This document shows positions 10,641 to 19,451 of a stretch of DNA of 64,000 bases, one piece after another. Numbering within the stretch: position 1 is the first letter of the stretch; each line of letters starts with the position of its first letter. The stretch covers positions 11,710 to 75,709 of the forward strand of contig DAVB01000055.1 of assembly GCA_002505455.1 (NCBI GenBank), written 5' to 3'. The notes beneath the pieces were generated by a model. It did not search any database. It saw only the letters and a list, made by a program, of their open reading frames with translations, and had not been told where the DNA came from. Position numbers and translations under genes: made by a program. This DNA comes from Euryarchaeota archaeon UBA52. Lineage in GTDB: Archaea > Thermoplasmatota > Poseidoniia > Poseidoniales > Thalassarchaeaceae.

Positions 10641-11198
10641 ATGGAAGTTTCTAGAGAGTTGGTTCGCACAGTGGTATTCGTACTTGGTCCGATGGTTCTT
10701 GCATCATACGTTATTGGAATTCGGAGGATGGATGATCCAATGGAATTGTGGGGCGGTATCCCCGAATCCTGGAGGAGACTCAACGTGATGTGCATGTTCA
10801 TTGCAGCTGCTGGTTTTCTGATTGCCTGGTGGCAACTTCTCTTTGGGTGGGACGTTGGTGTTGTCGAATCTACAGGGTGGCCTTGGAGTGGAGATGTTTC
10901 AGAAGGAGGACACGGGCGAATCCTCATCGCTTTTCTATTGATACTGATACCATCAATGCTATGGCTCGAATTGACCCACATACACATACAGAATAACTCA
11001 TCATTCACCCAGTGGATCGTTATAGCGAACCTCTGGCTTGTAGTATCCGGCAATGTCCTTTTGATTCTCTTTGGGTGGAGCGCATGGAGCGGGGGCGCCA
11101 GTGGGACGGACATACTACCTCTGCTTGGAGGCCTTATGCTTGGAATCCAGGTAATAGTGAACGATGGAATTCTCTGGGTATGGAAGTATCCTTGGTGA
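10641..11198 (+). CDS. Hypothetical multi-pass membrane protein (about 5 TM, Trp-rich)
   Basis: 185-aa ORF with alternating hydrophobic helices. Confidence 0.8.
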   Translation: MEVSRELVRTVVFVLGPMVLASYVIGIRRMDDPMELWGGIPESWRRLNVMCMFIAAAGFLIAWWQLLFGWDVGVVESTGWPWSGDVSEGGHGRILIAFLLILIPSMLWLELTHIHIQNNSSFTQWIVIANLWLVVSGNVLLILFGWSAWSGGASGTDILPLLGGLMLGIQVIVNDGILWVWKYPW

Positions 11199-11199
11199 T

Positions 11200-11304
11200 T
11201 TATGGGAAGAATGGTTCCCCGCATTCCGGGCACGGTAGGCCTGGTAGAAACGCGCCCGGCATATATCCGCAATTGAGGCAGATCGAAGAGGATATTTCTT
11301 CCAT
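11200..11304 (-). CDS. Small CPxCG-type zinc-ribbon protein (34 aa; MEEISSSICLNCGYMPGAFLPGLPCPECGEPFFP)
   Basis: Translated by hand, below the ORF-track cutoff; paired CxxCG and CPxCG knuckles; fills the intergenic gap; alternative upstream ATG at 11337. Confidence 0.72.
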   Translation of the reverse strand: MEEISSSICLNCGYMPGAFLPGLPCPECGEPFFP

Positions 11305-11414
11305 TATATGGCCCCTGCTAACACTTTCTTCATTCATTATTCATCAAGTTGATGGACATTCAAAATGGTCAGCCTTATGCAGTGCCTACTGAGGAGACTA
11401 GTGAGGCGCCGTAG

Positions 11415-12203
11415 ATGAGAGGGTACCAACGTCTGCCCCTCGTGAAGGGTTTTGGCAAAACACAGAGGATCGACAATTGGTGGAATCAGCCGGCAATAAT
11501 GGCCGTTGCACTTGGATTAGCGATGCTCTACACAGGCCTTAGGGTGATTATGCTTGATGGCAGCATCCACTATGAAAATCATCGAGTAACTTCTCCAATA
11601 TTCTCTCCAGACGTGCTACACATGTTCCACATTACGAATCATCCCGGATGGATGAATTCTGCAATGTTGATTCTATGGATACCATTCGGATTCAGAGGGA
11701 CTTGTTATTACATGCGGAAGGTGTACCATCGAACTTTCTTCCAGAATCCAACAGCATGCATGGTTGCGAAGCCCGGGATCAATCACGGAGTTGGTTACTC
11801 GGGGGAGCGAGGAGTCTTCATCATCAACAATATTCATCGCTACATGCTCTATCTTGCAGTCATTATCCTCTCGTTGAAATATTACGATGTGGTTCGCACA
11901 ATGAGATTCGATGGTTCTTGGGGATTCTCCGTAGGCACTCTGATTCTCGCATTGGAGTCTTTTCTACTGACTATGTACGTAGTCTCATGTCATGCATTCA
12001 GACACCTTTTTGGAGGTTCTCTTGACCAATGGCGAGGTGGTATTTCATCTGTGGCTGGAAGAATATTCAGATTCTCGAGCCATCATAATGCTAGTCACAA
12101 TCTCTGGTTTTGGACATCTCTTGCAATGGTTTTTCTGGGAGATATATTCGTTCTTTCAGTTGCTGAGGGTCTAATTAGCGATCCTAGTTTCATAATGGGG
12201 TGA
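11415..12203 (+). CDS. Succinate dehydrogenase membrane anchor, Rv0249c/Sdh1 (type F)-like
   Basis: About 5 TM; 'FRGTCYYMRK', 'NNIHRY', 'SCHAFRH' motifs; directly upstream of sdhAB. Confidence 0.8.
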   Translation: MRGYQRLPLVKGFGKTQRIDNWWNQPAIMAVALGLAMLYTGLRVIMLDGSIHYENHRVTSPIFSPDVLHMFHITNHPGWMNSAMLILWIPFGFRGTCYYMRKVYHRTFFQNPTACMVAKPGINHGVGYSGERGVFIINNIHRYMLYLAVIILSLKYYDVVRTMRFDGSWGFSVGTLILALESFLLTMYVVSCHAFRHLFGGSLDQWRGGISSVAGRIFRFSSHHNASHNLWFWTSLAMVFLGDIFVLSVAEGLISDPSFIMG

Positions 12204-12207
12204 TTGG

Positions 12208-14037
12208 ATGTACGATTACGAATCTCATGAGCATGATGTCGTCGTAATCGGAGCGGGCGGGGCAGGTCTCAGAGCTGCTATTGAGGCTAGTTCCATGGGT
12301 GTCAGCGTGGCATTGGTCTGCAAATCAATGTTGGGCAAGGCACACACTGTTATGGCAGAGGGGGGTGCTGCTGCTGCACTTGCTAACAAGGACTCTCGTG
12401 ATTCATGGAAGACGCACTTCAGAGACACGATGAAGGGTGGAAAATATCTCAATGACTGGAGAATGGCGCGTATCCATGCTCAAGAAGCTCCCGATCGGAT
12501 AAGAGAGCTTGAGACATGGGGGGCCGTGTTCGATCGAACTCGAGAAGGGCGGGTCAATCAGCGAAATTTTGGTGGTCACACATACCCTAGGCTTGCGCAC
12601 ATCGGAGATGCCACTGGACTCGAAATAATTCGGACTCTTCAAGAAAAGGGAGTGCATATGGGAATGGACGTTTTCATGGAATTTACGGTATGCAGATTAT
12701 TCACCTCTGACGGACGGATATCAGGATGCTTGGCATATGATAGGCAGAGGGGAAGAGCTCATGTCTTCAAAGCGAAAACCATCGTACTTGCCACAGGAGG
12801 AATAACTCGGTGCTGGTCAGTATGCTCTGGCTCTTGGGAATATACTGGGGACGGTCATGCATTGGCATATTGGACTGGTGCAGAAATGGGCGATATGGAA
12901 TTCGTCCAATTCCATCCGACTGGCATGATATGGCCACCAAGCGTTCGTGGTATACTAGTCACCGAAGGAGTAAGGGGGGAGGGGGGCATGTTAAGAAACT
13001 CAGAAGGGGATCGTTTCATGTTCAACTATATCCCTGAGATGTACAGGGACGAGTTCGCAGATACTGAAGAAGAGGCTCTAGCATGGGTTCAAGAAGTGAT
13101 ATCGGATAAACAAGCTACGAATAGGAGGCCTCCAGAGCTTCTGACTCGCGATGTGGTTGCCAAGGCAATTAACAGCGAAAAGGCAGCGGGTCGAGCTAGT
13201 GAGCATGGTGGAGCGTATCTGAATATATCATGGCGACCGGCTGATCAGGTTCGCAAGAAATTACCCGGTATGTATCATCAGTTCAAGGAACTTGCAGGAG
13301 TGGACATAACAAAGCAGCCGATGGAAGTGGGGCCAACGGCGCATTATGTGATGGGAGGGGTGAGAGTGGATCCTGAATCCCAAGAGTCAACTGTTCCAGG
13401 CCTATATGCCGCTGGAGAAACTGCAACGGGATTGCATGGAGCCAACAGATTGGGTGGAAACTCTCTTTCGGATCTTGTGACATTTGGACGGCGGGCGGGC
13501 CTATATGCTTCGAAAACGGCATCTGCTATGGAATCGTGGGGGGAGATAGAAGAAGAAGAAATACAAAACGGCATCGAACACATGATGGCTCCATTGAATC
13601 GTGAAGGAGGGGAGAATCCCGCTGCTATTGTGCATGATCTTAGGGAGATGATGCAAGAAAAAGTAGGGATAATCAGAACTCGGGAACAGTTGGTAGAGGC
13701 GCTAGATGATCTTGAGGCGTTGAGAATACGTTCACAATCTTGTTCACCCGGGGGCGGATTGATTTACAATCCGGGTTGGCATCAAGCTCTCGAGCTGGAG
13801 GCCATGATTGATGTCAGCCAAATGTGTGCTCTTGCAGCTCTAGAAAGAGAAGAGAGTCGCGGCGGGCATACGCGCGATGATTTTCCGGTCCCCGATCATG
13901 ATTCCTGGGGTAAAGTAAACAGCGTAATTACGAAAGATTCTGATGGAAGTATGAAAATTGATCATAGGAGTTATCCGCCGATACCAGATGAGTTGAAGCA
14001 ATTGCTCGATTCTGATGACCTGGACGGTGATTCCTGA
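12208..14037 (+). CDS. sdhA: Succinate dehydrogenase/fumarate reductase flavoprotein subunit
   Basis: GAGGAG, FAD-attachment His in KAHTVMAEGG, EFVQFHPT, HGANRLGGNSL, ESRGGH. Confidence 0.96.
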   Translation: MYDYESHEHDVVVIGAGGAGLRAAIEASSMGVSVALVCKSMLGKAHTVMAEGGAAAALANKDSRDSWKTHFRDTMKGGKYLNDWRMARIHAQEAPDRIRELETWGAVFDRTREGRVNQRNFGGHTYPRLAHIGDATGLEIIRTLQEKGVHMGMDVFMEFTVCRLFTSDGRISGCLAYDRQRGRAHVFKAKTIVLATGGITRCWSVCSGSWEYTGDGHALAYWTGAEMGDMEFVQFHPTGMIWPPSVRGILVTEGVRGEGGMLRNSEGDRFMFNYIPEMYRDEFADTEEEALAWVQEVISDKQATNRRPPELLTRDVVAKAINSEKAAGRASEHGGAYLNISWRPADQVRKKLPGMYHQFKELAGVDITKQPMEVGPTAHYVMGGVRVDPESQESTVPGLYAAGETATGLHGANRLGGNSLSDLVTFGRRAGLYASKTASAMESWGEIEEEEIQNGIEHMMAPLNREGGENPAAIVHDLREMMQEKVGIIRTREQLVEALDDLEALRIRSQSCSPGGGLIYNPGWHQALELEAMIDVSQMCALAALEREESRGGHTRDDFPVPDHDSWGKVNSVITKDSDGSMKIDHRSYPPIPDELKQLLDSDDLDGDS

Positions 14038-14825
14038 TGAAGAAGCAAGTGACTTTTCGGGTATTCAGAAGCCACTCGGGGGAACGGCCCTATGCTAGCC
14101 ACCCAAGAACCGAATCATCAGTTGGCAAAATGTCTGACTATGAAGTCGAATATGATGAGGGGATGGTTGTTCTAGATGTCATCCACAGAATACAAGCAGA
14201 ACAAGCTCCTGATTTAGCGTGTCGTTGGAACTGCAAAGCGGGAAAGTGCGGCTCCTGCTCTGCAGAAGTCAATGGCAAATCTCGCTTAATGTGTATGACC
14301 AGAATGTCAGACATCATGGAAGAGACGCCCGAGAATGAACCAGTTACTGTACGTCCAATGCAGGGCTTCCCACTAATTCGTGATCTGGTCACTGATGTTA
14401 GTTGGGCTTACGAGATGAATAAGAAGATGGTTCCGGTAAATGGCCCCGATAAACTAGACTGGGAGTTCAATCAAAATGAAGCAGATAGGATTCAGGAGTT
14501 CAGACAATGCATAGAGTGCATGTTATGCGTGAATACGTGCCATGTTCTCAGAGAACATGAGAAATTTGACAAATTTGCAGGTCCGAGATTCTTCGTAAGA
14601 ATGGCAGGACTAGAAATGCATCCACTAGACACTGAAAGCCGTATACCTCAGATTAAAGATGACTTCGGCATAGGTTACTGCAATATCACGAGATGCTGTA
14701 CTGAAGTATGCCCGGCAGGAATCAACATAACAGATAATGCAATTATACCTCTCAAGGAAAGAGTCGTGACAGAGTATTATGATCCGATTTCAATGATTGC
14801 TAGGAAAATTGGAATCAAGCGTTGA
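14037..14825 (+). CDS. sdhB: Succinate dehydrogenase iron-sulfur subunit
   Basis: CKAGKCGSC [2Fe-2S] motif, CIECMLCVNTC and CNITRCCTEVCP motifs; TGATG coupling to sdhA. Confidence 0.95.
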   Translation: MKKQVTFRVFRSHSGERPYASHPRTESSVGKMSDYEVEYDEGMVVLDVIHRIQAEQAPDLACRWNCKAGKCGSCSAEVNGKSRLMCMTRMSDIMEETPENEPVTVRPMQGFPLIRDLVTDVSWAYEMNKKMVPVNGPDKLDWEFNQNEADRIQEFRQCIECMLCVNTCHVLREHEKFDKFAGPRFFVRMAGLEMHPLDTESRIPQIKDDFGIGYCNITRCCTEVCPAGINITDNAIIPLKERVVTEYYDPISMIARKIGIKR

Positions 14826-14856
14826 ATGAATAAAACGTCTTGAATATGGAATAATG

Positions 14857-14884
14857 ACCTCCGAGAGCAGCCGCCCTCGGAGGT
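14857..14884. terminator. 9-bp inverted-repeat hairpin between convergent sdhB and the MC1 gene
   Basis: ACCTCCGAG-N10-CTCGGAGGT. Confidence 0.45.
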
Positions 14885-14925
14885 GTTGCGTAATTCTAAC
14901 CTATGATCAAGGCAGGTTTAGGCAC

Positions 14926-15192
14926 TCAAAGGCGCCTGATGCCTGACTTCTTCACATTGGCCTTCTTGATCTTAGCAGGAAGCCATGCAGGGCCAGAAGC
15001 TGGCCTGTCCACCATAGACACTGAGCCGGTGAAACAGTGAACCCTGTTGGTTCCCCTCTCTCTCAGCTCGATGCTGGTATGTCCTCGAGTTGCGGCCTTT
15101 AGGGCAGCTCCTCGGGGTTGCTTCGAAACGAACACGTGGTCCGAATCGCTTCCGTCTTTGTTTAGCAGTACGAAGTACTTCTTGTCACTCAT
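14926..15192 (-). CDS. Non-histone chromosomal protein MC1
   Basis: 'YFVL...DG....VF..KQPRGAALKAATRG...I.LRERGT..VH.F.G.......P..P.W.P..I.K.NVKK' matches the MC1 family; ATG at 15192 with GGAGGT upstream. Confidence 0.93.
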   Translation of the reverse strand: MSDKKYFVLLNKDGSDSDHVFVSKQPRGAALKAATRGHTSIELRERGTNRVHCFTGSVSMVDRPASGPAWLPAKIKKANVKKSGIRRL

Positions 15193-15225
15193 GGTACAAT
15201 ACCTCCGACTCACAAGCATGCTGTT

Positions 15226-15246
15226 GCATATATATTCGTTTCCCCG
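15226..15246 (-). promoter_or_regulatory. BRE/TATA promoter of the MC1 gene
   Basis: Minus strand GGGGAAACG-AATATATATG about 35-50 nt upstream of the ATG. Confidence 0.65.
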
Positions 15247-15319
15247 ATTTCGATTGACTGCGAGGGTGGGAGGGTAAAAATTGACACCTCGGAGGAAGAA
15301 AAAACGTCTTTTCGTACTC

Positions 15320-15553
15320 TTAAAATTCAGCGCATGCGAGGGTCTTTGTGGTCGTTACACCGCTTATGGAGCGTATACTCTCAACTACCATTCTGGCTAT
15401 ATCGCCAACTGAATCTGCCTCAACCTTCACAATCAGATCATGGTCGCCAAATAGAACATTTACCTCCGATACGAAATCCATTTTTGATGCTGCCCTATGG
15501 ACCTCTATTTCAGATCCAGGTTCAACGTTGATCAGCACAAATCCTGTCGCCAT
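15320..15553 (-). CDS. Stand-alone Lrp/AsnC ligand-binding (RAM) domain protein
   Basis: 'GFVLINVEPG...V.EV..LFGDHDLIVKVEA......I...IRSI.GV..T.TL'; no HTH. Confidence 0.9.
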   Translation of the reverse strand: MATGFVLINVEPGSEIEVHRAASKMDFVSEVNVLFGDHDLIVKVEADSVGDIARMVVESIRSISGVTTTKTLACAEF

Positions 15554-15647
15554 GTGGGGTAATGACAGTATCAAAGTGATGAATGCTTCGTAAAATTGCC
15601 ACTTTCAGTCGATGGGGATATAGGTCGGAGTCGGTTCGGCCGGCTGT

Positions 15648-16289
15648 ATGGCTGACACCATCATCGTGAGAGAATGCCTGCATGGACAGGTTCGTGTGAT
15701 GTATGGGGACCTCACAAAAGAGGAGGGGGATGTGCTGGTAACGCCTGCGAATAATCGTCTTGCAGGTAGGGAAGGCGTCGATGAAATGGTGCATCAAGCT
15801 GCTGGCCCCGAACTCCGGGAACATACTCATGGAATCGCAGTTGAGCGACGAAAAGAGAATCTGCCGCCTTGTGGCGTTGGCGAGGCAGTAGTGACTCCTA
15901 CGTTTTCACTTCCACATGGAAGTCTTGTCCATGTGGTTGGACCTGATTGTCGACGTCCGACACAGGACAGCGATCGAAGAGAGCTTCTCAAAGCAGCCTA
16001 TGCTTCATTGTTCAAGGAAATTAAAGGGATAAAGAATCGAGATACAATTGTTCTTCCACCTCTCAGTATGGACATATTCCAATATCCTCATCGCGAAGGT
16101 GCAAGGATGACCATGGAAATTGTTCTTGCGTGGATGGATTCGGGGGATGACCCTGGAGTTAAAAAGATCAAAATCATCACACAAGAGGCGAATTTCATAA
16201 AAAATATGAAGACTGTTTACAGAGAATCTGAAGACAGGTTTCCCGGTGTCGATCGTACTAGAGAATATCGACGTGGCCTGATTGACTAG
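15648..16289 (+). CDS. Macro domain protein (ADP-ribose-binding fold) with degenerate motifs
   Basis: GDLT, PANN.L....GVD..VH.AAGP.L, GEAVVT, VHVVGP. Confidence 0.88.
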   Translation: MADTIIVRECLHGQVRVMYGDLTKEEGDVLVTPANNRLAGREGVDEMVHQAAGPELREHTHGIAVERRKENLPPCGVGEAVVTPTFSLPHGSLVHVVGPDCRRPTQDSDRRELLKAAYASLFKEIKGIKNRDTIVLPPLSMDIFQYPHREGARMTMEIVLAWMDSGDDPGVKKIKIITQEANFIKNMKTVYRESEDRFPGVDRTREYRRGLID

Positions 16290-17065
16290 TTGGCTGTTAC
16301 GCGATTAGAATGAGCCTTTATGGCTTCATGCATAGACATGCGACCGACGGCTACTGCCTTTGCGAGAGATCTTGGGATTGTGAGCCTGCCCTCTGATATT
16401 GTACGGGATCTTCTCTGGATCTCTCTTAATTCCCCATCTGTTGGATCGACGACTAATCGCTGAATAACTCGAGTCCCGATTTTTCGTGCTATTCTTGCAG
16501 CAGAAGCCGAATGATCGTGCCTTGATCCCCTTGATGTTCTTCTCTCATCGACAAATTCGACAACATGGCCTCTGGCCAAACACACGTTGGCAAGCCTCCT
16601 TGCAATAGTTCGAGATCCGTCACCCACGCGAACGAGGTAGGTCTTGGGGGAGATACTTTGAACAATTGACCCTATATGATCGGGTGTTTCATCCACTGAC
16701 TCAAGTTGAACTGTGCCCAATAATTTGCCGCAAGACATCCATGCGAGACCGGGCCTAGGACCGGAATCCACACCAAAGACAAGATGCTTGACAGATGCTG
16801 TTGGGCCCAGTATGGCAGAAGATATCGCTGTCTCTAAATTGTCTACTGTACAAGGCACTCCTCGAGAGTCGGATTGCGACTCGACCTCGGAAGGCGTCCC
16901 AAACCATATCGGCATTGAAGCAGGAACCGGGTCTTCTGGAGCAAGTTGTATCGGCCTTATGCCAGATGATCGCAGTGCATCAATCAACCTGTATGCAAGT
17001 TGGTAATCCCGAGTGCGGATACCTGCGCATTCCACGACAGCAGTTCTGAAAGAGGCGGTGTTCAA
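16286..17065 (-). CDS. Conserved hypothetical protein with an RNase H-fold (YqgF/RuvC-like) domain; start uncertain
   Basis: 'VFGVDSGPRPGLAW', 'RVGDG', 'FVDERRTS' and 'HD..ASA..IA' motifs. Confidence 0.6.
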   Translation of the reverse strand: MNTASFRTAVVECAGIRTRDYQLAYRLIDALRSSGIRPIQLAPEDPVPASMPIWFGTPSEVESQSDSRGVPCTVDNLETAISSAILGPTASVKHLVFGVDSGPRPGLAWMSCGKLLGTVQLESVDETPDHIGSIVQSISPKTYLVRVGDGSRTIARRLANVCLARGHVVEFVDERRTSRGSRHDHSASAARIARKIGTRVIQRLVVDPTDGELREIQRRSRTISEGRLTIPRSLAKAVAVGRMSMHEAIKAHSNRVTAN

Positions 17066-17172
17066 GCCTTGCTGTGGGTAATTAGCCGCGAATACGAAAA
17101 TAGGCCATTATATCGAATTAATAATCCTGAATGACCGGTGTCGTCATTAGCCCACCCGATACGATTACCGTC

Positions 17173-17718
17173 ATGAGTGGCCCATATGAGCGAGAATTGC
17201 GATCTGTCTTGGCCGGCGAGAAAAAGGGCGTAATCGCGATTACGAGATCGTGTAATGAGGTCGAGAGGGCTAGGGCCATGCAAGTATGCGAGAGGCCATT
17301 TCTGGTTGTTAGAGCGCCGGGCAGTGGTTCTGAGGGCACTGGAGATTTACTAGTTCTGAGAGGAGATGTTTGCTTTCCAATAGAGGTTAAATCATCCAAA
17401 GTTAGTAAAATATACCTTTCAGGTAGAACGATGACACAATACGAAGCATTTCAGGAAACTGGTGAGCGATGTGGTCTTTTACCGCTTTATGCCTTCAGGT
17501 TGAAGGGTGTTAGAGGGGATAGTTGGAGGATTTTTTCCGTTCCCGTGGAAGGACTGAGAGGGAAAATGAGAATGATAGCAGATCGCGTGCCAGAACTTCC
17601 CCTAACACGAAATGGGGCCCCTCATCTTGACTGGGACAAGGGAATGCCGCTGAACGGGTTCATAGCAATGATTTGTCGTTCAGACGGTTCCAGGCCAGCT
17701 TTAGGAATCAATCTGTGA
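17173..17718 (+). CDS. hjc: Archaeal Holliday junction resolvase Hjc-like nuclease
   Basis: YERELR...VVRAPGSG....GDLL......FPIEVKS (E-D-ExK nuclease signature). Confidence 0.85.
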   Translation: MSGPYERELRSVLAGEKKGVIAITRSCNEVERARAMQVCERPFLVVRAPGSGSEGTGDLLVLRGDVCFPIEVKSSKVSKIYLSGRTMTQYEAFQETGERCGLLPLYAFRLKGVRGDSWRIFSVPVEGLRGKMRMIADRVPELPLTRNGAPHLDWDKGMPLNGFIAMICRSDGSRPALGINL

Positions 17719-17872
17719 GCTCCTTCTCAATTGCTTCTATGATCTTCTTCGTCTCATCGATTTCAGATTTTGATGTGTCGAGATCTATTCTTTCCAGCCT
17801 GGCCGATACAGCATCTCGCTCTTTTTTGATACGGCTCAAAATTCTCTTTGCACGCTTGCCGTCGCCATCCAT
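17708..17872 (-). CDS. Small coiled-coil hypothetical protein (54 aa)
   Basis: Charged heptad pattern; fills the gap between hjc and the S2P gene. Confidence 0.5.
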   Translation of the reverse strand: MDGDGKRAKRILSRIKKERDAVSARLERIDLDTSKSEIDETKKIIEAIEKELTD

Positions 17873-17951
17873 GATGCTGCTCCAGTGAGCATGGACTTGG
17901 GTGTTCCTATCAACACGACATATTGAAGCAGGAGTCCATTCGCAGGAAACC

Positions 17952-19451
17952 ATGGAGAATCAGCCGATAGGGGCGAATCAAATTCTCTTGTTGCTTGGAA
18001 TAGCCCTGCTTACGTTAAACGGGGTGTTCTCCATTTTGGTAGGATTTATGCTCTCAATGTGGTATATAGGAATCATTCTTCTGGAGTATCGAGGTGTCTT
18101 GGATAAATGGAACTCGACCAGAGTGCTCGGGCTGATACTTATGATCAGGACCAGTCGTGGGAAAAGGGCAGCCGAATGGATTGCTCGTCCTAGACGTCTT
18201 TGGCGAATATTTGGAGAGGCGTCCATATGGCTCTGCTTCGGTGTGATGATTCTACTAATTCTCGGGATCATAGCGAGTGCTATTGAAACTGCAAGGGCTC
18301 CGGCTGAACAGCAAGTTCTCCCTGCCACGGACATACTTTTCATCCCGGGAGTGACGAGTTTCGTACCAATATTCTGGCCCATTCTAGCACTTATCGTGAC
18401 AGTAGTGATTCACGAATATGGACATGGACTGCAAGCGAGAGCTCATGGGATGCGAATCCGGAGTTTCGGGGTACTTATCGCAGGGATCATTCCAGTGGGG
18501 GCGTTTTACGAGCCTGAGCAGGAGGAAATTCGAATCGCGCCTTCGCGAGAAAGGCTCAGGCTATTCGCGGCTGGACCATCTATCAATATCGTTCTGACGT
18601 ACATTCTAGTCGTCTTATTGGCTGGTGCATCACACGGCTTGGTAGCGACTGAGAAGGGTGTTTATGCAGTGGGTATCGTAGAGGGCTCGGGGGCTGAGGA
18701 AGCAGGTCTTCTGCCATATGAGCTAATCATGCAAGTTGATGATATTGCTCTTGAGAATCCTGAAGATCTGACCAACGTACTCAATGCGCGCGTCGCAGGA
18801 GACACGATTCTTCTGACTGTCGGGACCAATCCGTTCTATGGGCCGATGGAAACCAGAACGGTGGAAGCAACACTCACGGACAAGAAAGCCTACTATTACG
18901 AATTGTGCGGGGGAGATTCTGAATGCAAATCTAACGTTGACGACGCGGGGATAGATGATGGCGAAGGTTTTCTCGGAGTCAGCGGCATAAGATCAGCAGA
19001 TAGTGCCGCTCGGGTGTATGGGCTTCCATTTGAGGATGGGCTCACCATAGGACAACGCGCAGTTTTGGTGGCCTTGTCGCCCCTGCTATTTGGAGCGGTT
19101 CCGATTCAAAACCAGGGACAGACAATGGTGCTGCAAGAAAGAGCGTTCCTGAGTGCCGGGGAAGGTCTGGTTCCATCTATCCTCGGAACTGTTGGCATGT
19201 TAGGTCTCTTCGACTTCCTATTCTGGATAATGTGGATTAGTTTCCTACTAGGTGTTGCGAATCTGATACCCCTGATACCTTTTGATGGAGGCCACATGGT
19301 TAGAGATGCAGGGCATATAGTGGCAAGGAGGGTTATGCGTGGTTCGAACCCCTTGAAGATTGAACGTCTTGCTGATAGATTGAGTGGTTACAGCAGTCTA
19401 TTCGTCCTCGCCTTGGTCATGATCCCCATCATCCTGCCCAGATTCTTCTAG
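17952..19451 (+). CDS. Site-2 protease (M50) with PDZ domain
   Basis: HEYGH zinc motif, AGPSINI, PDZ-like segment, NLIPLIPFDGG. Confidence 0.93.
   Translation: MENQPIGANQILLLLGIALLTLNGVFSILVGFMLSMWYIGIILLEYRGVLDKWNSTRVLGLILMIRTSRGKRAAEWIARPRRLWRIFGEASIWLCFGVMILLILGIIASAIETARAPAEQQVLPATDILFIPGVTSFVPIFWPILALIVTVVIHEYGHGLQARAHGMRIRSFGVLIAGIIPVGAFYEPEQEEIRIAPSRERLRLFAAGPSINIVLTYILVVLLAGASHGLVATEKGVYAVGIVEGSGAEEAGLLPYELIMQVDDIALENPEDLTNVLNARVAGDTILLTVGTNPFYGPMETRTVEATLTDKKAYYYELCGGDSECKSNVDDAGIDDGEGFLGVSGIRSADSAARVYGLPFEDGLTIGQRAVLVALSPLLFGAVPIQNQGQTMVLQERAFLSAGEGLVPSILGTVGMLGLFDFLFWIMWISFLLGVANLIPLIPFDGGHMVRDAGHIVARRVMRGSNPLKIERLADRLSGYSSLFVLALVMIPIILPRFF

Noticed and set aside
11226..11259. GC-rich hairpin (CCGGGC...GCCCGG) as an ncRNA or terminator
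   Set aside because: Better explained as coding sequence of the small zinc-finger ORF on the minus strand
10619..11272. 217-aa minus-strand ORF, and other long antisense ORFs (e.g., 27690-28316, 41620-42297, 60354-61229)
   Set aside because: Shadow frames of better-supported genes, with no recognisable motifs
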